Positions 19,784 to 30,804 are shown, counted from the stretch's first letter. The stretch is DNA of 64,000 nucleotides from Gammaproteobacteria bacterium (GCA_013695765.1 JACCZW010000097.1:402-64401), one strand, 5' to 3'. Notes: generated by a model from the sequence alone, not told the origin. Made by a program: numbers and translations.

Positions 19784-19949
19784 AAACATTATCATTGCGA
19801 AGTGGCGGTACAATCGCAAACCCGTCGGCCACGGCCACGGCAAACCGTGGCGGGTTCTGGTACGCTCAAAAGCATGGATCTCCCCCATTGCGATCCATAA
19901 TCTGCCTGGCCCATAAGCTGATTGACCCACACGATTAACGATTAGCGCG

Positions 19950-22829
19950 GTGTCACCGAAATCTTCTAATGAACCGGGCGGCTTGCCGGAGTCCCTGCGT
20001 GCCGAGGTCCAGCACCACTGGGAGGAGTTTGCGGCGCGCGATGCGTTGCTGGATCGGCAACAGGAAATCCTGCACGTGTGGGCCGCCAGCCCCTTAGCCG
20101 CCAAGACCTGCGTGCAGAACCCGCAACTGCTGTCTGAACTGGTCAGCTCCGGAGATCTTGCGCGCGCATACACACTGGACGAGATGTTCGGGCGCGTCGC
20201 CGGCGCGGTCGAGAACGCCGATTCTGAAAGCGCGCTGATGCGCGCCATGCGCGTATTGCGCCGCCGCGAGTGGCTGCGTATCGCCTGGCGAGATTTGAAT
20301 GGTGCTGCCGACCTGGATGAAACCTTGCGCGAACTCTCGGCAATGGCCGAGGGCTTTGTCGAGCAAGCGCTGAAAAGTTGCTATAACCGTGCGTGCGAAA
20401 GATATGGCGTGCCGCGCAACGCCAACGGCGCCGCGCAGCAACTGGTGGTGCTGGGCATGGGCAAGCTGGGTGGGGCCGAGCTGAATTTTTCGTCCGACAT
20501 CGATCTGATCTTCGCGTATCCGGAAGACGGCCAGACCGATGGCCGCCGCGCGCAGGACAATCGTGAGTTTTTCACCAGAATGGGGCAGAAATTCATCAAG
20601 GTATTGAGCGAATACACGGCCGACGGCTTCGTATTCCGCATCGACATGCGCCTGCGGCCGTTCGGCGACGGCCCGCTGGCGATCAGCTTCGACGCCATGG
20701 AGCATTACTACCAGACGCACGGCCGCGAGTGGGAGCGTTATGCCATGGTCAAGGCGCGGGTCATCGCCGGCGATCGCGCGGCGGGGGACGAACTGCTGCG
20801 GCGCCTGCGGCCCTTCGTCTATCGCCGTTATCTGGACTATGGCGCATTCGGCAGCCTGCGCGACATGAAGGCGCTGATCGACGGCGAGGTCAGCCGGCGC
20901 GAATTGATCGACAACATCAAGCTCGGCGCCGGTGGCATCCGCGAGATCGAGTTCATCTCGCAGGCATTCCAACTGGTGCGCGGCGGCCGCGATGCGGAAC
21001 TCCAGCAGCGCGAGTTGCGCGCCGTGCTGCCGTGCCTCGCCAGAAAAGGCCAGTTGGCGCAGGCGGATGTCGATGCATTGCTAGCAGCGTATACGTTCCT
21101 GCGGCGGGTCGAAAACCGCCTGCAGATGGTGGGCGATCAGCAGACGCACGCGCTGCCCGAGCAGGACTCCGAACGCGCGCGGCTCGCGTTCGCCATGAAT
21201 TTCCATGACTGGGCGTCATTCGCGAAAGCGCTGGATGAGCATCGCCGTGCAGTGCACGAGCGATTCGAGCACACCTTTGGCGAGCCCGGAGCCGCTGATC
21301 CCGAGACGGATAATACCGGCAGCCATCGCGCGCTGGTGGAGTTGTCGCAGGGCCGCATGGACGACGACCGCGCGCTAGCTCTGCTGCGCAAAGCCGGGTT
21401 CGACGATCCTGCCACCGTATTGCCGGCGATCAAGGCGCTCTACACCGGGCACGCCTATCAGGCGCAGGGCGAAACCAGCCGCGTGCGTCTTAACCGGCTG
21501 ATGCCCCTGCTGCTGGCGGAGGTCGCCAGCCAGCCTGAGGCGGCCCGGACCTTGTCGCGCATTCTGCCGCTTATCGAGGCCATCGCGCGACGCTCGGTTT
21601 ATCTCGCGTTGCTCGCCGAGCATCGCGAGGCGCTCGCGCAGCTCGTCAAACTTAGTGGCGCGAGCAAATGGATCGCGGAGTATCTGTCCAATCATCCAAT
21701 CCTGCTGGACGAATTGCTCAACCCGCGCGATCTCTACGCGCCGCCCGACCGGGACGGTCTCGCAGCACAGCTTGGCGATGAGTTTGCCCGTATCGACCCG
21801 TTCGACATGGAGGCGCAGATGGAGCGTTTGCGACAGTTCAAGCAGGTCAACGTGCTGCGCGTGGCGGCGGCCGATGTGATGGAAGCGTTGCCTTTGATGC
21901 GGATCAGCGATCAACTGACCTGGATCGCGGAGGTGATTCTGGAGCACGTGCTGAAGATCGCCTGGCAGCAGATGACGGCGCGTTACGGCAAGCCCGGCTG
22001 CGTGATCGACGGCGAGCGCTATACGCCGGGGTTCGCGATCATCGCGTACGGCAAACTCGGCGGCATCGAGCTCGGTTACGGTTCGGATCTGGATCTGGTT
22101 TATCTGCACGACAGCGCCGGCAAGCAGCAATGCACCGACGGCGGGAAATCGATCGATAACGCCACATTCTTCGGGCGTCTGGCCCAGCGAATCGTGCATG
22201 CGCTGACGGCGTTTACCCCCGCGGGTCAGCTTTACGAAGTGGACATGCGCCTGCGACCCAGCGGTGCTGCCGGGATTCTGGTCAGCGGCGTGCAGGCGTT
22301 CGAGCTCTATCAGCGCGACCGTGCCTGGACGTGGGAGCACCAGGCGCTGGCGCGCGCGCGACCGGTGGCCGGCAGTGCGGATATTTCTGCACGTTTTCAG
22401 CGCATGCGCGCCGGCACCCTGGTCTGCGCGCGAGACACGGCAAAGCTGCGCCACGAGGTTAAAGAGATGCGTGAGCGCATGTGGCGCGAGTTGGGCAGCC
22501 GCGACGCGACGCGCTTCGATTTGAAAAAAGACCCCGGCGGTATCGCCGACATCGAGTTTATGGTGCAATACCACGTGCTGGCGCATACGCACGATCACGG
22601 CGCTTTAAGTGAATTCACGGACAACATCCGGATTCTGGACGCACTCGTGGCCAGCGACTTGTTACCGGTCAAGGACGCGCGCTTTCTGCAGGACGTTTAT
22701 CGCGCATATCGCGACAGAGTCCACGCCCTGAGTCTGCAGGGCGACGCCGCGGTTGTGGATAGCCATGAATTCAGCGAACAGCGCGCCGGCGTCCAGCGGT
22801 TGTGGCGGGAGCTGATGGAAGTGTCCTGA
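19950..22829 (+). CDS. glnE: bifunctional glutamine synthetase adenylyltransferase/adenylyl-removing enzyme
   Basis: 959 aa with two nucleotidyltransferase domains (GMGKLGGAELNFSSDIDLIF and GKLGGIELGYGSDLDLVYLH). Confidence 0.9.
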   Translation: MSPKSSNEPGGLPESLRAEVQHHWEEFAARDALLDRQQEILHVWAASPLAAKTCVQNPQLLSELVSSGDLARAYTLDEMFGRVAGAVENADSESALMRAMRVLRRREWLRIAWRDLNGAADLDETLRELSAMAEGFVEQALKSCYNRACERYGVPRNANGAAQQLVVLGMGKLGGAELNFSSDIDLIFAYPEDGQTDGRRAQDNREFFTRMGQKFIKVLSEYTADGFVFRIDMRLRPFGDGPLAISFDAMEHYYQTHGREWERYAMVKARVIAGDRAAGDELLRRLRPFVYRRYLDYGAFGSLRDMKALIDGEVSRRELIDNIKLGAGGIREIEFISQAFQLVRGGRDAELQQRELRAVLPCLARKGQLAQADVDALLAAYTFLRRVENRLQMVGDQQTHALPEQDSERARLAFAMNFHDWASFAKALDEHRRAVHERFEHTFGEPGAADPETDNTGSHRALVELSQGRMDDDRALALLRKAGFDDPATVLPAIKALYTGHAYQAQGETSRVRLNRLMPLLLAEVASQPEAARTLSRILPLIEAIARRSVYLALLAEHREALAQLVKLSGASKWIAEYLSNHPILLDELLNPRDLYAPPDRDGLAAQLGDEFARIDPFDMEAQMERLRQFKQVNVLRVAAADVMEALPLMRISDQLTWIAEVILEHVLKIAWQQMTARYGKPGCVIDGERYTPGFAIIAYGKLGGIELGYGSDLDLVYLHDSAGKQQCTDGGKSIDNATFFGRLAQRIVHALTAFTPAGQLYEVDMRLRPSGAAGILVSGVQAFELYQRDRAWTWEHQALARARPVAGSADISARFQRMRAGTLVCARDTAKLRHEVKEMRERMWRELGSRDATRFDLKKDPGGIADIEFMVQYHVLAHTHDHGALSEFTDNIRILDALVASDLLPVKDARFLQDVYRAYRDRVHALSLQGDAAVVDSHEFSEQRAGVQRLWRELMEVS

Positions 22830-22971
22830 AAGCACGTAGAATACAAAGATTAAACGCGAAGTACGAAGGCGCGACACGCAAACTTGGGTCACGTTACAGG
22901 CGTACAGCAGGCAGATAGAGAATTGTCCGCAAGCATATTTTTTTACGCTTTATATCTAACCCTATGTTTTA

Positions 22972-23035
22972 GTTTATTGGCTTTGCGCCCTTTGCGCCCT
23001 TTGCGCCCTTTGCGCCTCTGCGGGTCTTTGCGTAG
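22972..23035. repeat. tandem 9-bp repeat CTTTGCGCC x4 plus 2-3 degenerate copies in the glnE-ilvE intergenic region
   Basis: Direct reading: ggCTTTGCGCCCTTTGCGCCCTTTGCGCCCTTTGCGCCtctgcgggtctttgcg. Confidence 0.85.
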
Positions 23036-23094
23036 AGTACTAAAGCCCAGTGAATCACGCGCAATAAATGTTTAATGTTTAAGGAGTAGGCACG

Positions 23095-24018
23095 ATGTCC
23101 ATGGCCGATCGTGACGGTCTGATCTGGTTCGACGGCGAAATGGTGCCTTGGCGAGAAGCCAAAGTGCACGTGCTGACGCATACCCTGCATTACGGTATGG
23201 GGGTTTTCGAGGGCGTGCGTGCGTATGAAACCCGTCGTGGCACGGCGATCTTCCGGCTTGCCGATCACACCAGGCGGCTGTTCAATTCTGCGCATATCTT
23301 GGGGATGGCCATGCCGTTCGACAAAGACGTGATCAACGCTGCGCAACGGGCGGTGGTGCGCAAGAACCAGCTCAAATCGGCCTACATTCGGCCCATGTGT
23401 TTCTACGGCGCGGAAGGCATGGGGCTGCACGCGCAAGGGTTGCGCGTGCACTGCATGATCGCGGCCTGGGAGTGGGGCTCGTATCTGGGCAAGGACAATC
23501 TCGAAAAAGGCTTGCGCATCAAAACCTCGTCGCTCACGCGCCATCACGTCAACATCACCATGTGCAAGGCCAAGGCCAACGGCAACTACATGAACTCCAT
23601 GCTCGCCCTTCAAGAGGCCACGCGCGACGGCTACGACGAGGCGCTGCTGCTGGACATCGAGGGTTACGTGGCCGAAGGCAGCGGCGAGAATATCTTCATC
23701 GTGAGCGACGGCGTGCTGTACACACCGGATCTTACCTCTGCACTGGACGGCATGACGCGCCGCACGATTATCACTCTGGCGGGGCAACTGGACATCCCGG
23801 TGCGCGAAAAGCGCATCTCGCGCGACGAGGTGTACATCGCCGACGAGGCGTTTTTCACCGGCACCGCCGCCGAAGTGGCGCCCATCCGCGAGCTGGACAA
23901 CCGTGCCATCGGCACCGGCCGGCGTGGCCCCATGACGGAACGCCTGCAGACCATGTTCTTCGATCTCGTCGTCGGCCGCCGCGACGACCATCAGGACTGG
24001 CTCACGCCGGTCGCGTGA
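23095..24018 (+). CDS. ilvE: branched-chain amino acid aminotransferase
   Basis: 307 aa class IV aminotransferase (GMGVFEGVRAY, EAFFTGTAAEV). GGAG RBS upstream. Confidence 0.9.
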   Translation: MSMADRDGLIWFDGEMVPWREAKVHVLTHTLHYGMGVFEGVRAYETRRGTAIFRLADHTRRLFNSAHILGMAMPFDKDVINAAQRAVVRKNQLKSAYIRPMCFYGAEGMGLHAQGLRVHCMIAAWEWGSYLGKDNLEKGLRIKTSSLTRHHVNITMCKAKANGNYMNSMLALQEATRDGYDEALLLDIEGYVAEGSGENIFIVSDGVLYTPDLTSALDGMTRRTIITLAGQLDIPVREKRISRDEVYIADEAFFTGTAAEVAPIRELDNRAIGTGRRGPMTERLQTMFFDLVVGRRDDHQDWLTPVA

Positions 24019-24032
24019 GCTTAAAGAACGCC

Positions 24033-24254
24033 ATGCCCAACCCGCACAGTTCGGACGCGCAGGATAAGTTCACAACGCCCAACGACCGGCGCAGCTATAC
24101 CATCGCGCGCGCGGACCTGCCGCTGCACTGCCCGCTGCCGGGCATGAGCCTGTGGGATTCGCACCCATTGGTTTATATCCCCATCGAAGACAGCAAAAAG
24201 GGGCGCATGCGCTGCCCTTATTGCAGTACCGAATACGTGCTGGAGCCCGAATAG
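24033..24254 (+). CDS. small zinc-finger (zf-CHCC, NDUFS6-like) protein
   Basis: 73 aa with HCPLPGMSLWDSHP...CPYCSTEY, the CHCC zinc-finger pattern. Confidence 0.6.
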   Translation: MPNPHSSDAQDKFTTPNDRRSYTIARADLPLHCPLPGMSLWDSHPLVYIPIEDSKKGRMRCPYCSTEYVLEPE

Positions 24255-24346
24255 CCCGAACGGGTTGGCACTTTCATGCGCTCCGTCACTCGAGCGCCGT
24301 GCCGCTAAGGGCGCGCGTTCATCAAGTGCGCCCGTAGAACAGATAT

Positions 24347-25732
24347 TTGCGAACGAACCGCGTATTTATGGAACCCCTCGGGCGTTTGCACGTATTCCTG
24401 GCCGAGAAGGTGTTTCCGACGCGCTGGGATCGTGTTGGGGGCGCAAGACCGGCGGTTGAGACCATCGGTCTGCTCGGTTTCGCATTGATGGCGCTGGCAC
24501 TAGGGCTGGGCAACACCGGACAAAGTATAGGCATGGCCGTGTTGTTTATCGCGAGCCTTGGTGCCTGGCCGCACCTTTGGTCAGGGCTGAAAAAGGACTG
24601 GGTGGCCCGTGCGGTGCTAATCGGTTTTTGTCTCGTAATGCTGCGCACGAGTTGGGCGGTTTTGGAAATGCCGGCGCTCGCGGCCGATCGATGGGATAGC
24701 GCGCGATCTATCTCCAGAATGCTGACATTTCCGCTGGCCTGCTGGTGGCTGGGCGGCAGCTTAAGGTCGATCAAGTCGATGGTTATTTTGGTATTAGCGG
24801 GCGCCGTGATCAATATCGTGTATTACGGTAACTGGACCTACGTTGATTTGCTTTCACTCTCGCAACGCCGCTCGTTCGGCGGCGATGCCCGCATGGAGGG
24901 ATTGCTCGAAGCCAGCATCCTGGCCGGAATGATCGCTTTCGCGCGCAACTGGTGGGGCGCGTCTTCAAACAGGCCGGCTTTTGTCGCGCGTGTGGCGCTG
25001 TGGCTGTTTTTCTTCCTGTTGATGCTATGGGCGCTGATCGTTGTTCAGGCTAATGCGGCCTGGGTCGCCGGCATTGTTGCTGGTTTGCTGTTCTTCGGCT
25101 GGTTCGTTCGACGTGCGTTTCAGCAGGGTAAGGACAGCGGCGCGCAGCTAATGCGCGTGATGGTGCTGGCCCTGCTCCTCGGCGCGGGAGCCCTGCTGGT
25201 CGCTTTCGGAGATACGCTTGGCAATCGCGTGCTTGATCTGCGTGAAACTTCTGCATTGCTATTTCGAGGCGAGGTGGAGAAGGTTGAGAGTCCGTCGATT
25301 GCCGGTCGCGCCTACATGCTCGATGTCGGGTGGAACGCCTGGCTTCGAAGACCGCTTCTTGGCTGGGGCCCGGGAATTGGCCGATTCCTTGTTTACAGGT
25401 CGGACGTGCCGAAGGCATATAAGGGCTCATCGGAACTGCATAACAATTACCTGGATGTGCTCATGCAATTCGGTGTCGTCGGTGCGCTGCTTTTTTTTGG
25501 ATTCTGGTTGCGGCTGATCACCCGTTTCGCGGCGCGAGTGCGTGCAGGCAGGATTCCTGCCGACGTGGGTGGATTTGTGCTCGCAATTTCTTTGATGTTT
25601 TTTATCGTCAATATCACAGACACCTATATTGCCTTTCAGTTTGGCTGGTTTTACATGGCGTTTCTTTGTGCGCTGTTGCACAGTCCGTTAATGCGATCCG
25701 CAACTGAAACAGAACAGGCTATAGATGCGTAA
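24347..25732 (+). CDS. O-antigen ligase family membrane protein (WaaL/Wzy_C-like)
   Basis: Polytopic, with the Wzy_C-type motif SSELHNNYLDVLMQFGVVG. Within the LPS core cluster. Confidence 0.75.
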   Translation: MRTNRVFMEPLGRLHVFLAEKVFPTRWDRVGGARPAVETIGLLGFALMALALGLGNTGQSIGMAVLFIASLGAWPHLWSGLKKDWVARAVLIGFCLVMLRTSWAVLEMPALAADRWDSARSISRMLTFPLACWWLGGSLRSIKSMVILVLAGAVINIVYYGNWTYVDLLSLSQRRSFGGDARMEGLLEASILAGMIAFARNWWGASSNRPAFVARVALWLFFFLLMLWALIVVQANAAWVAGIVAGLLFFGWFVRRAFQQGKDSGAQLMRVMVLALLLGAGALLVAFGDTLGNRVLDLRETSALLFRGEVEKVESPSIAGRAYMLDVGWNAWLRRPLLGWGPGIGRFLVYRSDVPKAYKGSSELHNNYLDVLMQFGVVGALLFFGFWLRLITRFAARVRAGRIPADVGGFVLAISLMFFIVNITDTYIAFQFGWFYMAFLCALLHSPLMRSATETEQAIDA

Positions 25733-25771
25733 GTGAGAGTTGGGCTGACCAACTTCAGGAAGGGATTCAGC

Positions 25772-25975
25772 ATGTATAACTTTGAACATACCTGCTGGAT
25801 TACGCCAACCTGTATGAATGATCTGCGTCGCAGATCCGGTCTGAAGCTAGTCTGGAATGTCATGGTCATAAAGCCGAACTCTTTCAAATATTACATGATG
25901 AAGCTATTGCCGTTTACGAAATCGTGGATAGAAGGGTATACAAAAGAGTACATCTACATACTTAAGAGTGAGTGA
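25772..25975 (+). CDS. hypothetical small protein in an AT-rich islet
   Basis: 67 aa from ATG preceded by AGGAAGGGA. Local GC is far below the flanks. No family recognised. Confidence 0.3.
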   Translation: MYNFEHTCWITPTCMNDLRRRSGLKLVWNVMVIKPNSFKYYMMKLLPFTKSWIEGYTKEYIYILKSE

Positions 25976-26012
25976 CGGGCGCCCCAGCGCGCATCTGTCG
26001 ACCTAGCCGGGC

Positions 26013-27122
26013 ATGGCCACGATCATCCAGGTTTGCTTGTCCTCTAACTGCGGCGGATTGGAGATTTATATCGAGCGGATAAGCCGCGCACTCTCGCACA
26101 GAGGACATCGGGTGCAAGTGGTCACACTGGCGGGAACCTATCTGTCACAGCGGTTGCCCGCCGAGATTAACTACCCAATAAAGACCCATGGAATAGGCGA
26201 TGCAGCAAGGTTTAGCCTTGGCATTTCAAACAGGATTCTTGCCGAAAATGCAGATGTAGTGCATGTGCATGGTGGACGTGAACTGCCCTTTGCGGTCCTC
26301 GCCAAGCTCCGTTTCCGCCGCCGCATGCGCCTGGTTTATTCCAGGCATATCGTTCTGAATCGCTCCAAGAAAGATCTATGGCACCGGGTCTTGTACCGGC
26401 ACGTAGATGCATATCTGGCGGTGTCTGAGCAGATACGGGAGCAGGCCCTGCGGCGTGTGCCAATACCTTCCGAAAGGGTTCATTTTCTGCATCATGGTAT
26501 GGAATTACCTGCTAATGAACCGGATGCGCGCGCCCTCGCACGAGCGAAGCTCGGGTTCCGGGATAACTGCTTCCTGGTAGGCTCTTTCTCCCGCATCGAA
26601 CTTGCCAAAGGCCAGCATACCTTGATAGAAGCCGTCAGCCTCTTGCGGAAAAAAGCCGTGGATGTGCAGGCGTTTATCATGGGACACGTGTCGGAGGCCG
26701 CTTACGGGGAACACCTGACACGGCTCGTTCGCGAGTTGCAACTGGATGCGCACGTCATATTCCTCGACTTCGTTCCTGACGCCCATCGGCTCATGAGCGC
26801 TTGTGATGCCGTCGTGGTGCCTTCGAAGCAGGAAGGTTTCGGCCTGGTGGTGATTGAAGCCATGGCGGCAGGCATTCCCGTAATCGGAACTCGTGGCGCG
26901 GGCGGCATGTTAAATCTTATGGAGCACGAAAAGAATGGCTTGCTGTTTGACTGGGAGGATGCAGCGATGCTTGCGCAACAACTGGAGGCTCTCTATCAAG
27001 ATCCTGATTTACGTGCGCGCCTGGGGTGCAATGGCCGCAGCCTCGTTGAACGTCATTTCAGTTTGGAGGATCATCTGAACGCACTGGAGAATCATTTTTT
27101 CGGCCATGCCGCGAGCGGTTAG
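26013..27122 (+). CDS. glycosyltransferase family 4 (GT-B, EX7E motif)
   Basis: 369 aa with VVPSKQEGFGLVVIEAMAAGIPVI. Confidence 0.8.
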   Translation: MATIIQVCLSSNCGGLEIYIERISRALSHRGHRVQVVTLAGTYLSQRLPAEINYPIKTHGIGDAARFSLGISNRILAENADVVHVHGGRELPFAVLAKLRFRRRMRLVYSRHIVLNRSKKDLWHRVLYRHVDAYLAVSEQIREQALRRVPIPSERVHFLHHGMELPANEPDARALARAKLGFRDNCFLVGSFSRIELAKGQHTLIEAVSLLRKKAVDVQAFIMGHVSEAAYGEHLTRLVRELQLDAHVIFLDFVPDAHRLMSACDAVVVPSKQEGFGLVVIEAMAAGIPVIGTRGAGGMLNLMEHEKNGLLFDWEDAAMLAQQLEALYQDPDLRARLGCNGRSLVERHFSLEDHLNALENHFFGHAASG

Positions 27123-27162
27123 GTCGCATAATCCAACCCGTCAACGAAACAGCGCGGAACGG

Positions 27163-27186
27163 CCACGCCCGGCGCGGGATTTTTCG
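27163..27186 (+). terminator. possible intrinsic terminator after the GT4 gene
   Basis: GCCCGGCGCGGG stem followed by ATTTTTCG. Confidence 0.4.
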
Positions 27187-27323
27187 CGTTCGGTCCGTTA
27201 CGATCGCTAAGAGCGGGTCATGCGGGACGCGGTCGGCGCTTGAATCGCGCGTCTTAATCGTCGAGTGGTCTGAGAACGATCGATCGTATAAGCTAATTCC
27301 GCTCAACCGAAGCCACTGACTGA

Positions 27324-28751
27324 ATGCGATATTCAATTCCGGGTTTCTCCAACGCCCGAGTGCTGGTGGTCGGCGACCTGATGCTTGACCGCTACTGGTA
27401 TGGCACGACCTCGCGGATCTCGCCTGAGGCGCCGGTACCGGTCGTTAATGTCGGCAAGGTGGAAGAGCGTGCGGGCGGCGCGGGCAATGTAGCGCTCAAT
27501 GTCGCGGCACTTGGTTGCGCCGTAACCCTGATCGGGTTCACTGGTGACGATCAGGCGGCGACCTCGCTCAAGACGCTGCTGGAACGCGACGGCGTGCGCT
27601 GTAAATTTAACGCTGTCGGGCAACGGAAGACCAGCACCAAGTTGCGCGTGATCAGCCGCCATCAGCAATTGATCCGCCTGGACTTCGAGGATGGCTTCGC
27701 GGATGTCGATCAGGCGGCGCTGTCAGGCTCGTACGCGCGCGACCTGGCAGCGCATGATCTCGTGATTCTGTCCGATTACGGCAAAGGTACCTTAAGCGAC
27801 GTTCAAACGCTCATTGCACATGCACGCCGCGCCGGCAAGCCGGTGTTGATCGATCCGAAGGGTGCGGATTTCGCACGTTATCGCGGCGCCACCGCCATTA
27901 CGCCGAATCAGACCGAGTTCGAGGCGGTGGCAGGAATTTGCGCGGATGACGCGGAGATGGCCGCGCAAGGGCAGCGGCTACTCGCCGAGCTTGAGCTGGA
28001 TGCGCTGCTCGTCACCCGCAGCGAAAAAGGCATACTGCTGTTGCGAGCCGGTTCGCTGCCGCTGGATTTTCCCACCCATGTCAGTGATGTGTTCGACGTC
28101 ACGGGCGCCGGCGATACCGTGATCGGCGTGCTGGGCGCGGCACTCGCGGTCGGAACGCCTATGCCGGAGGCGGTCGCGCTGGCGAACCTCGCGGCGGGTG
28201 TCGTGGTCCGCAAGCTCGGTACGGCCATTGCGTCTTTGCGCGAGCTTCAGACCGCGATGCTGAAGCACAAACCCCTGCAACGCGGGCTCGTGACTGAAGT
28301 AGCGCTCCTTGCGTTGGTCGAAAAGGCGCGCGCCAGCGGCGAGAGCGTGGTGATGACCAATGGCTGTTTCGATATTCTGCACGCGGGTCACGTGGCGTAT
28401 CTTTCGCAGGCCGCGCAGCGGGGAGATCGGTTGGTGGTGGCGGTCAACGATGACGACTCGGTGCGGCGGTTGAAGGGAAAGGGTCGTCCGGTCAATCCGC
28501 TGATGCTGCGCATGGCGGTGCTGGCCGGGCTGGAAAGCGTAGACTGGGTGGTCTCGTTTACAGAAGACACGCCGCGACGGCTGATCGAGGCGTTAAGTCC
28601 CGACACGTTAGTCAAGGGCGGTGATTATCGGCCCGACGACGTGGCAGGCGGCGACTGCGTGCGTGCGTGCGGCGGCGAGGTCGTGGTACTGGATTTCATC
28701 GATGGTTGTTCCACCAGCGCAATGATCGCCGCGATACGCAAAGACATCTGA
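27324..28751 (+). CDS. hldE: bifunctional D-beta-D-heptose 7-phosphate kinase / D-beta-D-heptose 1-phosphate adenylyltransferase
   Basis: 475 aa colinear with E. coli HldE ([13 protein letters not shown]; C-terminal [13 protein letters not shown] cytidylyltransferase motif). Confidence 0.9.
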   Translation: MRYSIPGFSNARVLVVGDLMLDRYWYGTTSRISPEAPVPVVNVGKVEERAGGAGNVALNVAALGCAVTLIGFTGDDQAATSLKTLLERDGVRCKFNAVGQRKTSTKLRVISRHQQLIRLDFEDGFADVDQAALSGSYARDLAAHDLVILSDYGKGTLSDVQTLIAHARRAGKPVLIDPKGADFARYRGATAITPNQTEFEAVAGICADDAEMAAQGQRLLAELELDALLVTRSEKGILLLRAGSLPLDFPTHVSDVFDVTGAGDTVIGVLGAALAVGTPMPEAVALANLAAGVVVRKLGTAIASLRELQTAMLKHKPLQRGLVTEVALLALVEKARASGESVVMTNGCFDILHAGHVAYLSQAAQRGDRLVVAVNDDDSVRRLKGKGRPVNPLMLRMAVLAGLESVDWVVSFTEDTPRRLIEALSPDTLVKGGDYRPDDVAGGDCVRACGGEVVVLDFIDGCSTSAMIAAIRKDI

Positions 28752-28756
28752 AACGC

Positions 28757-29719
28757 ATGATTATCGTAACCGGTGGCGCCGGGTTTATCGGCAGCAACAT
28801 CGTCCGGGCGCTCAATGCTCGGGGTCGCACCGACATTCTGGTGGTCGACAATTTGCGCAACGGCGCCAAGTTCGTGAATCTCGCTGACTGCGATATACAC
28901 GATTATCTGGACAGAGACGATTTCTTGCGGCGCGTGTGCAATGGCAAAGAGTTCGGCGGCGCCATCGAGGCGGTGTTTCATCAGGGCGCGTGCGCGACCA
29001 CCACCGAGTGGGACGGACGCTACATGCTGGACAACAACTACGAATACTCCAAGGCGCTGCTGCACTATAGTCTGGCGCGCGGTGCGCCGTTCATTTACGC
29101 CTCATCGGCCTCGGTGTACGGCATGGGCCCGGTATTCAAGGAAGCTCGTCGCCACGAACGGCCGCTAAACGTTTACGGCTACTCGAAGTTTCTGTTCGAT
29201 CAATACGTGCGCCGCGCGCTGGCCTCCGCGCAAAACCCTGTCGTCGGCCTGCGGTATTTCAACGTGTACGGCCCGGCCGAGCAGCACAAGGGCTCGATGG
29301 CGAGCGTTGCGTTTCATTTCAACCGGCAGGTGCTGGACGACGGCAAGATTAAGTTGTTCAAGGGTTCGGACGGCTACGCCGACGGCGAACAGCGCCGCGA
29401 TTTTATCTATGTCGGCGACGTAGCCGATGTAAATCTCTGGTTGCTCGATCATCCGCGCGTCAGCGGGATATTCAACCTCGGCACCGGCCGCAGCCAGACA
29501 TTCAACGAGATAGCGCGCGCGGTGATCGGCTATCACGGGTCGGGCGAGATCGAGTACATCCCGTTCCCGGACGCGCTTCAGGGTCGTTACCAGAGTTTTA
29601 CCGAAGCCGATATGACGCGCTTGAGCGAGGCGGGGCTTGTGCATCGCTTCAGACCGGTGGAAGAGGGTGTCCCGCTATATCTGGATGCGCTCATAAGGGA
29701 GCCGCGCAACGTATCATGA
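28757..29719 (+). CDS. hldD: ADP-L-glycero-D-manno-heptose-6-epimerase
   Basis: [17 protein letters not shown]-terminus and YxxxK SDR motif. ATG at 28757 just after the hldE stop. Confidence 0.9.
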   Translation: MIIVTGGAGFIGSNIVRALNARGRTDILVVDNLRNGAKFVNLADCDIHDYLDRDDFLRRVCNGKEFGGAIEAVFHQGACATTTEWDGRYMLDNNYEYSKALLHYSLARGAPFIYASSASVYGMGPVFKEARRHERPLNVYGYSKFLFDQYVRRALASAQNPVVGLRYFNVYGPAEQHKGSMASVAFHFNRQVLDDGKIKLFKGSDGYADGEQRRDFIYVGDVADVNLWLLDHPRVSGIFNLGTGRSQTFNEIARAVIGYHGSGEIEYIPFPDALQGRYQSFTEADMTRLSEAGLVHRFRPVEEGVPLYLDALIREPRNVS

Positions 29720-30804
29720 CGCCCCATACGACGGCCCGCCCGGCACGCGTGCTGGTTGTGGGTCCGGCATGGGTCGGCGATATGATCATGGCGCAGACGC
29801 TGTTCAAGACTTTGCGCCACGAGCACCCGGACATCGAGATCGACGTGCTGGCGCCGGGCTGGTCGGCACCGCTGCTGGCGCGCATGCCGGAGGTGCGAAA
29901 AGCCGTGCAGGTGCCGCTGGGACACGGCGAGTTAGGTCTACGTACACGGTATCGGCTGGGCCGCGAACTGGCGGGGCGCGAATACGATCAGGCGCTGGTT
30001 CTGCCGCGTTCGTTCAAATCGGCCCTGATTCCCTGGTTTGCGCAGGTGCCGCGCCGCACGGGGTATCTGGGCGAGAGCCGTTACGGTTTGATTAACGACC
30101 GGCGGGCGCTGGATCGAGCGGCCGTGCCGCTGATGGTGCAGCGCTATGTCGGTCTGGGGCTTGAACCGGGTGTCGGTGCGCCGCACCTCGACAAGCTGCC
30201 GCGGCCAGCCCTGACCGTGGACGCGGCCAATGGCTCGCGGCTCGCGGAGAAACTGGGCCTTTCCACGACCGCGCCAGCGGTCGGGTTGATGCCCGGTGCG
30301 GAGTATGGTCCGGCCAAGCAGTGGCCGCCTGAATACTACGCTGACCTTGCGCGGAGGCTGGTGCAAAAGGGCGTGCAAAGCTGGGTGTTTGGATCGCAAA
30401 AGGATTTTGAACTCGGCGAGCGCATCGTCGCGCCGGTCCCGCCCGGTTTAACTCCGGGCGTTGTTAATCTATGCGGCAAAACGCATTTGCACGATGCCAT
30501 CGATCTGCTCGCGCGCGTGAAAATTGCGGTGACTAACGATTCCGGTCTCATGCACGTGGCCGCCGCCGTGGGCGTACCGTTAATTGCGATATATGGCTCC
30601 TCGACACCGGCCTACACTCCCCCGATGAGCGATCTGGCGTCCGTTATGTATACCGGCATCGAATGTAGCCCCTGCTTTGATCGCACCTGCCGCTATGGCC
30701 ACTATCGGTGCCTGCGCGAGATCACGGCCACAGGGGTTTTAGAGCAAGTTTGCAGACTTTTATCAACAACGCGCAACCCATGCAAAGCCGACACTTCGTT
30801 CTGA
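29716..30804 (+). CDS. waaF: ADP-heptose--LPS heptosyltransferase II
   Basis: GT9 family with [18 protein letters not shown]-terminus and a [18 protein letters not shown]-terminus, typical of WaaF. Confidence 0.8.
   Translation: MTPHTTARPARVLVVGPAWVGDMIMAQTLFKTLRHEHPDIEIDVLAPGWSAPLLARMPEVRKAVQVPLGHGELGLRTRYRLGRELAGREYDQALVLPRSFKSALIPWFAQVPRRTGYLGESRYGLINDRRALDRAAVPLMVQRYVGLGLEPGVGAPHLDKLPRPALTVDAANGSRLAEKLGLSTTAPAVGLMPGAEYGPAKQWPPEYYADLARRLVQKGVQSWVFGSQKDFELGERIVAPVPPGLTPGVVNLCGKTHLHDAIDLLARVKIAVTNDSGLMHVAAAVGVPLIAIYGSSTPAYTPPMSDLASVMYTGIECSPCFDRTCRYGHYRCLREITATGVLEQVCRLLSTTRNPCKADTSF

Noticed and set aside
20094-22598. 292-aa and 407-aa minus-strand ORFs
   Set aside because: Antisense to glnE, which has two unmistakable nucleotidyltransferase domains.
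22884-23075. 63-aa ORF translating the tandem repeat as LRPLRPLRPLRL
   Set aside because: A simple translation of a non-coding 9-bp tandem array in a promoter region.
22969-23991. 340-aa minus-strand ORF and 23397..24254 plus-strand ORF
   Set aside because: Overlap ilvE (a solid class IV aminotransferase). Their translations are Arg/His/Gly-rich artefacts.
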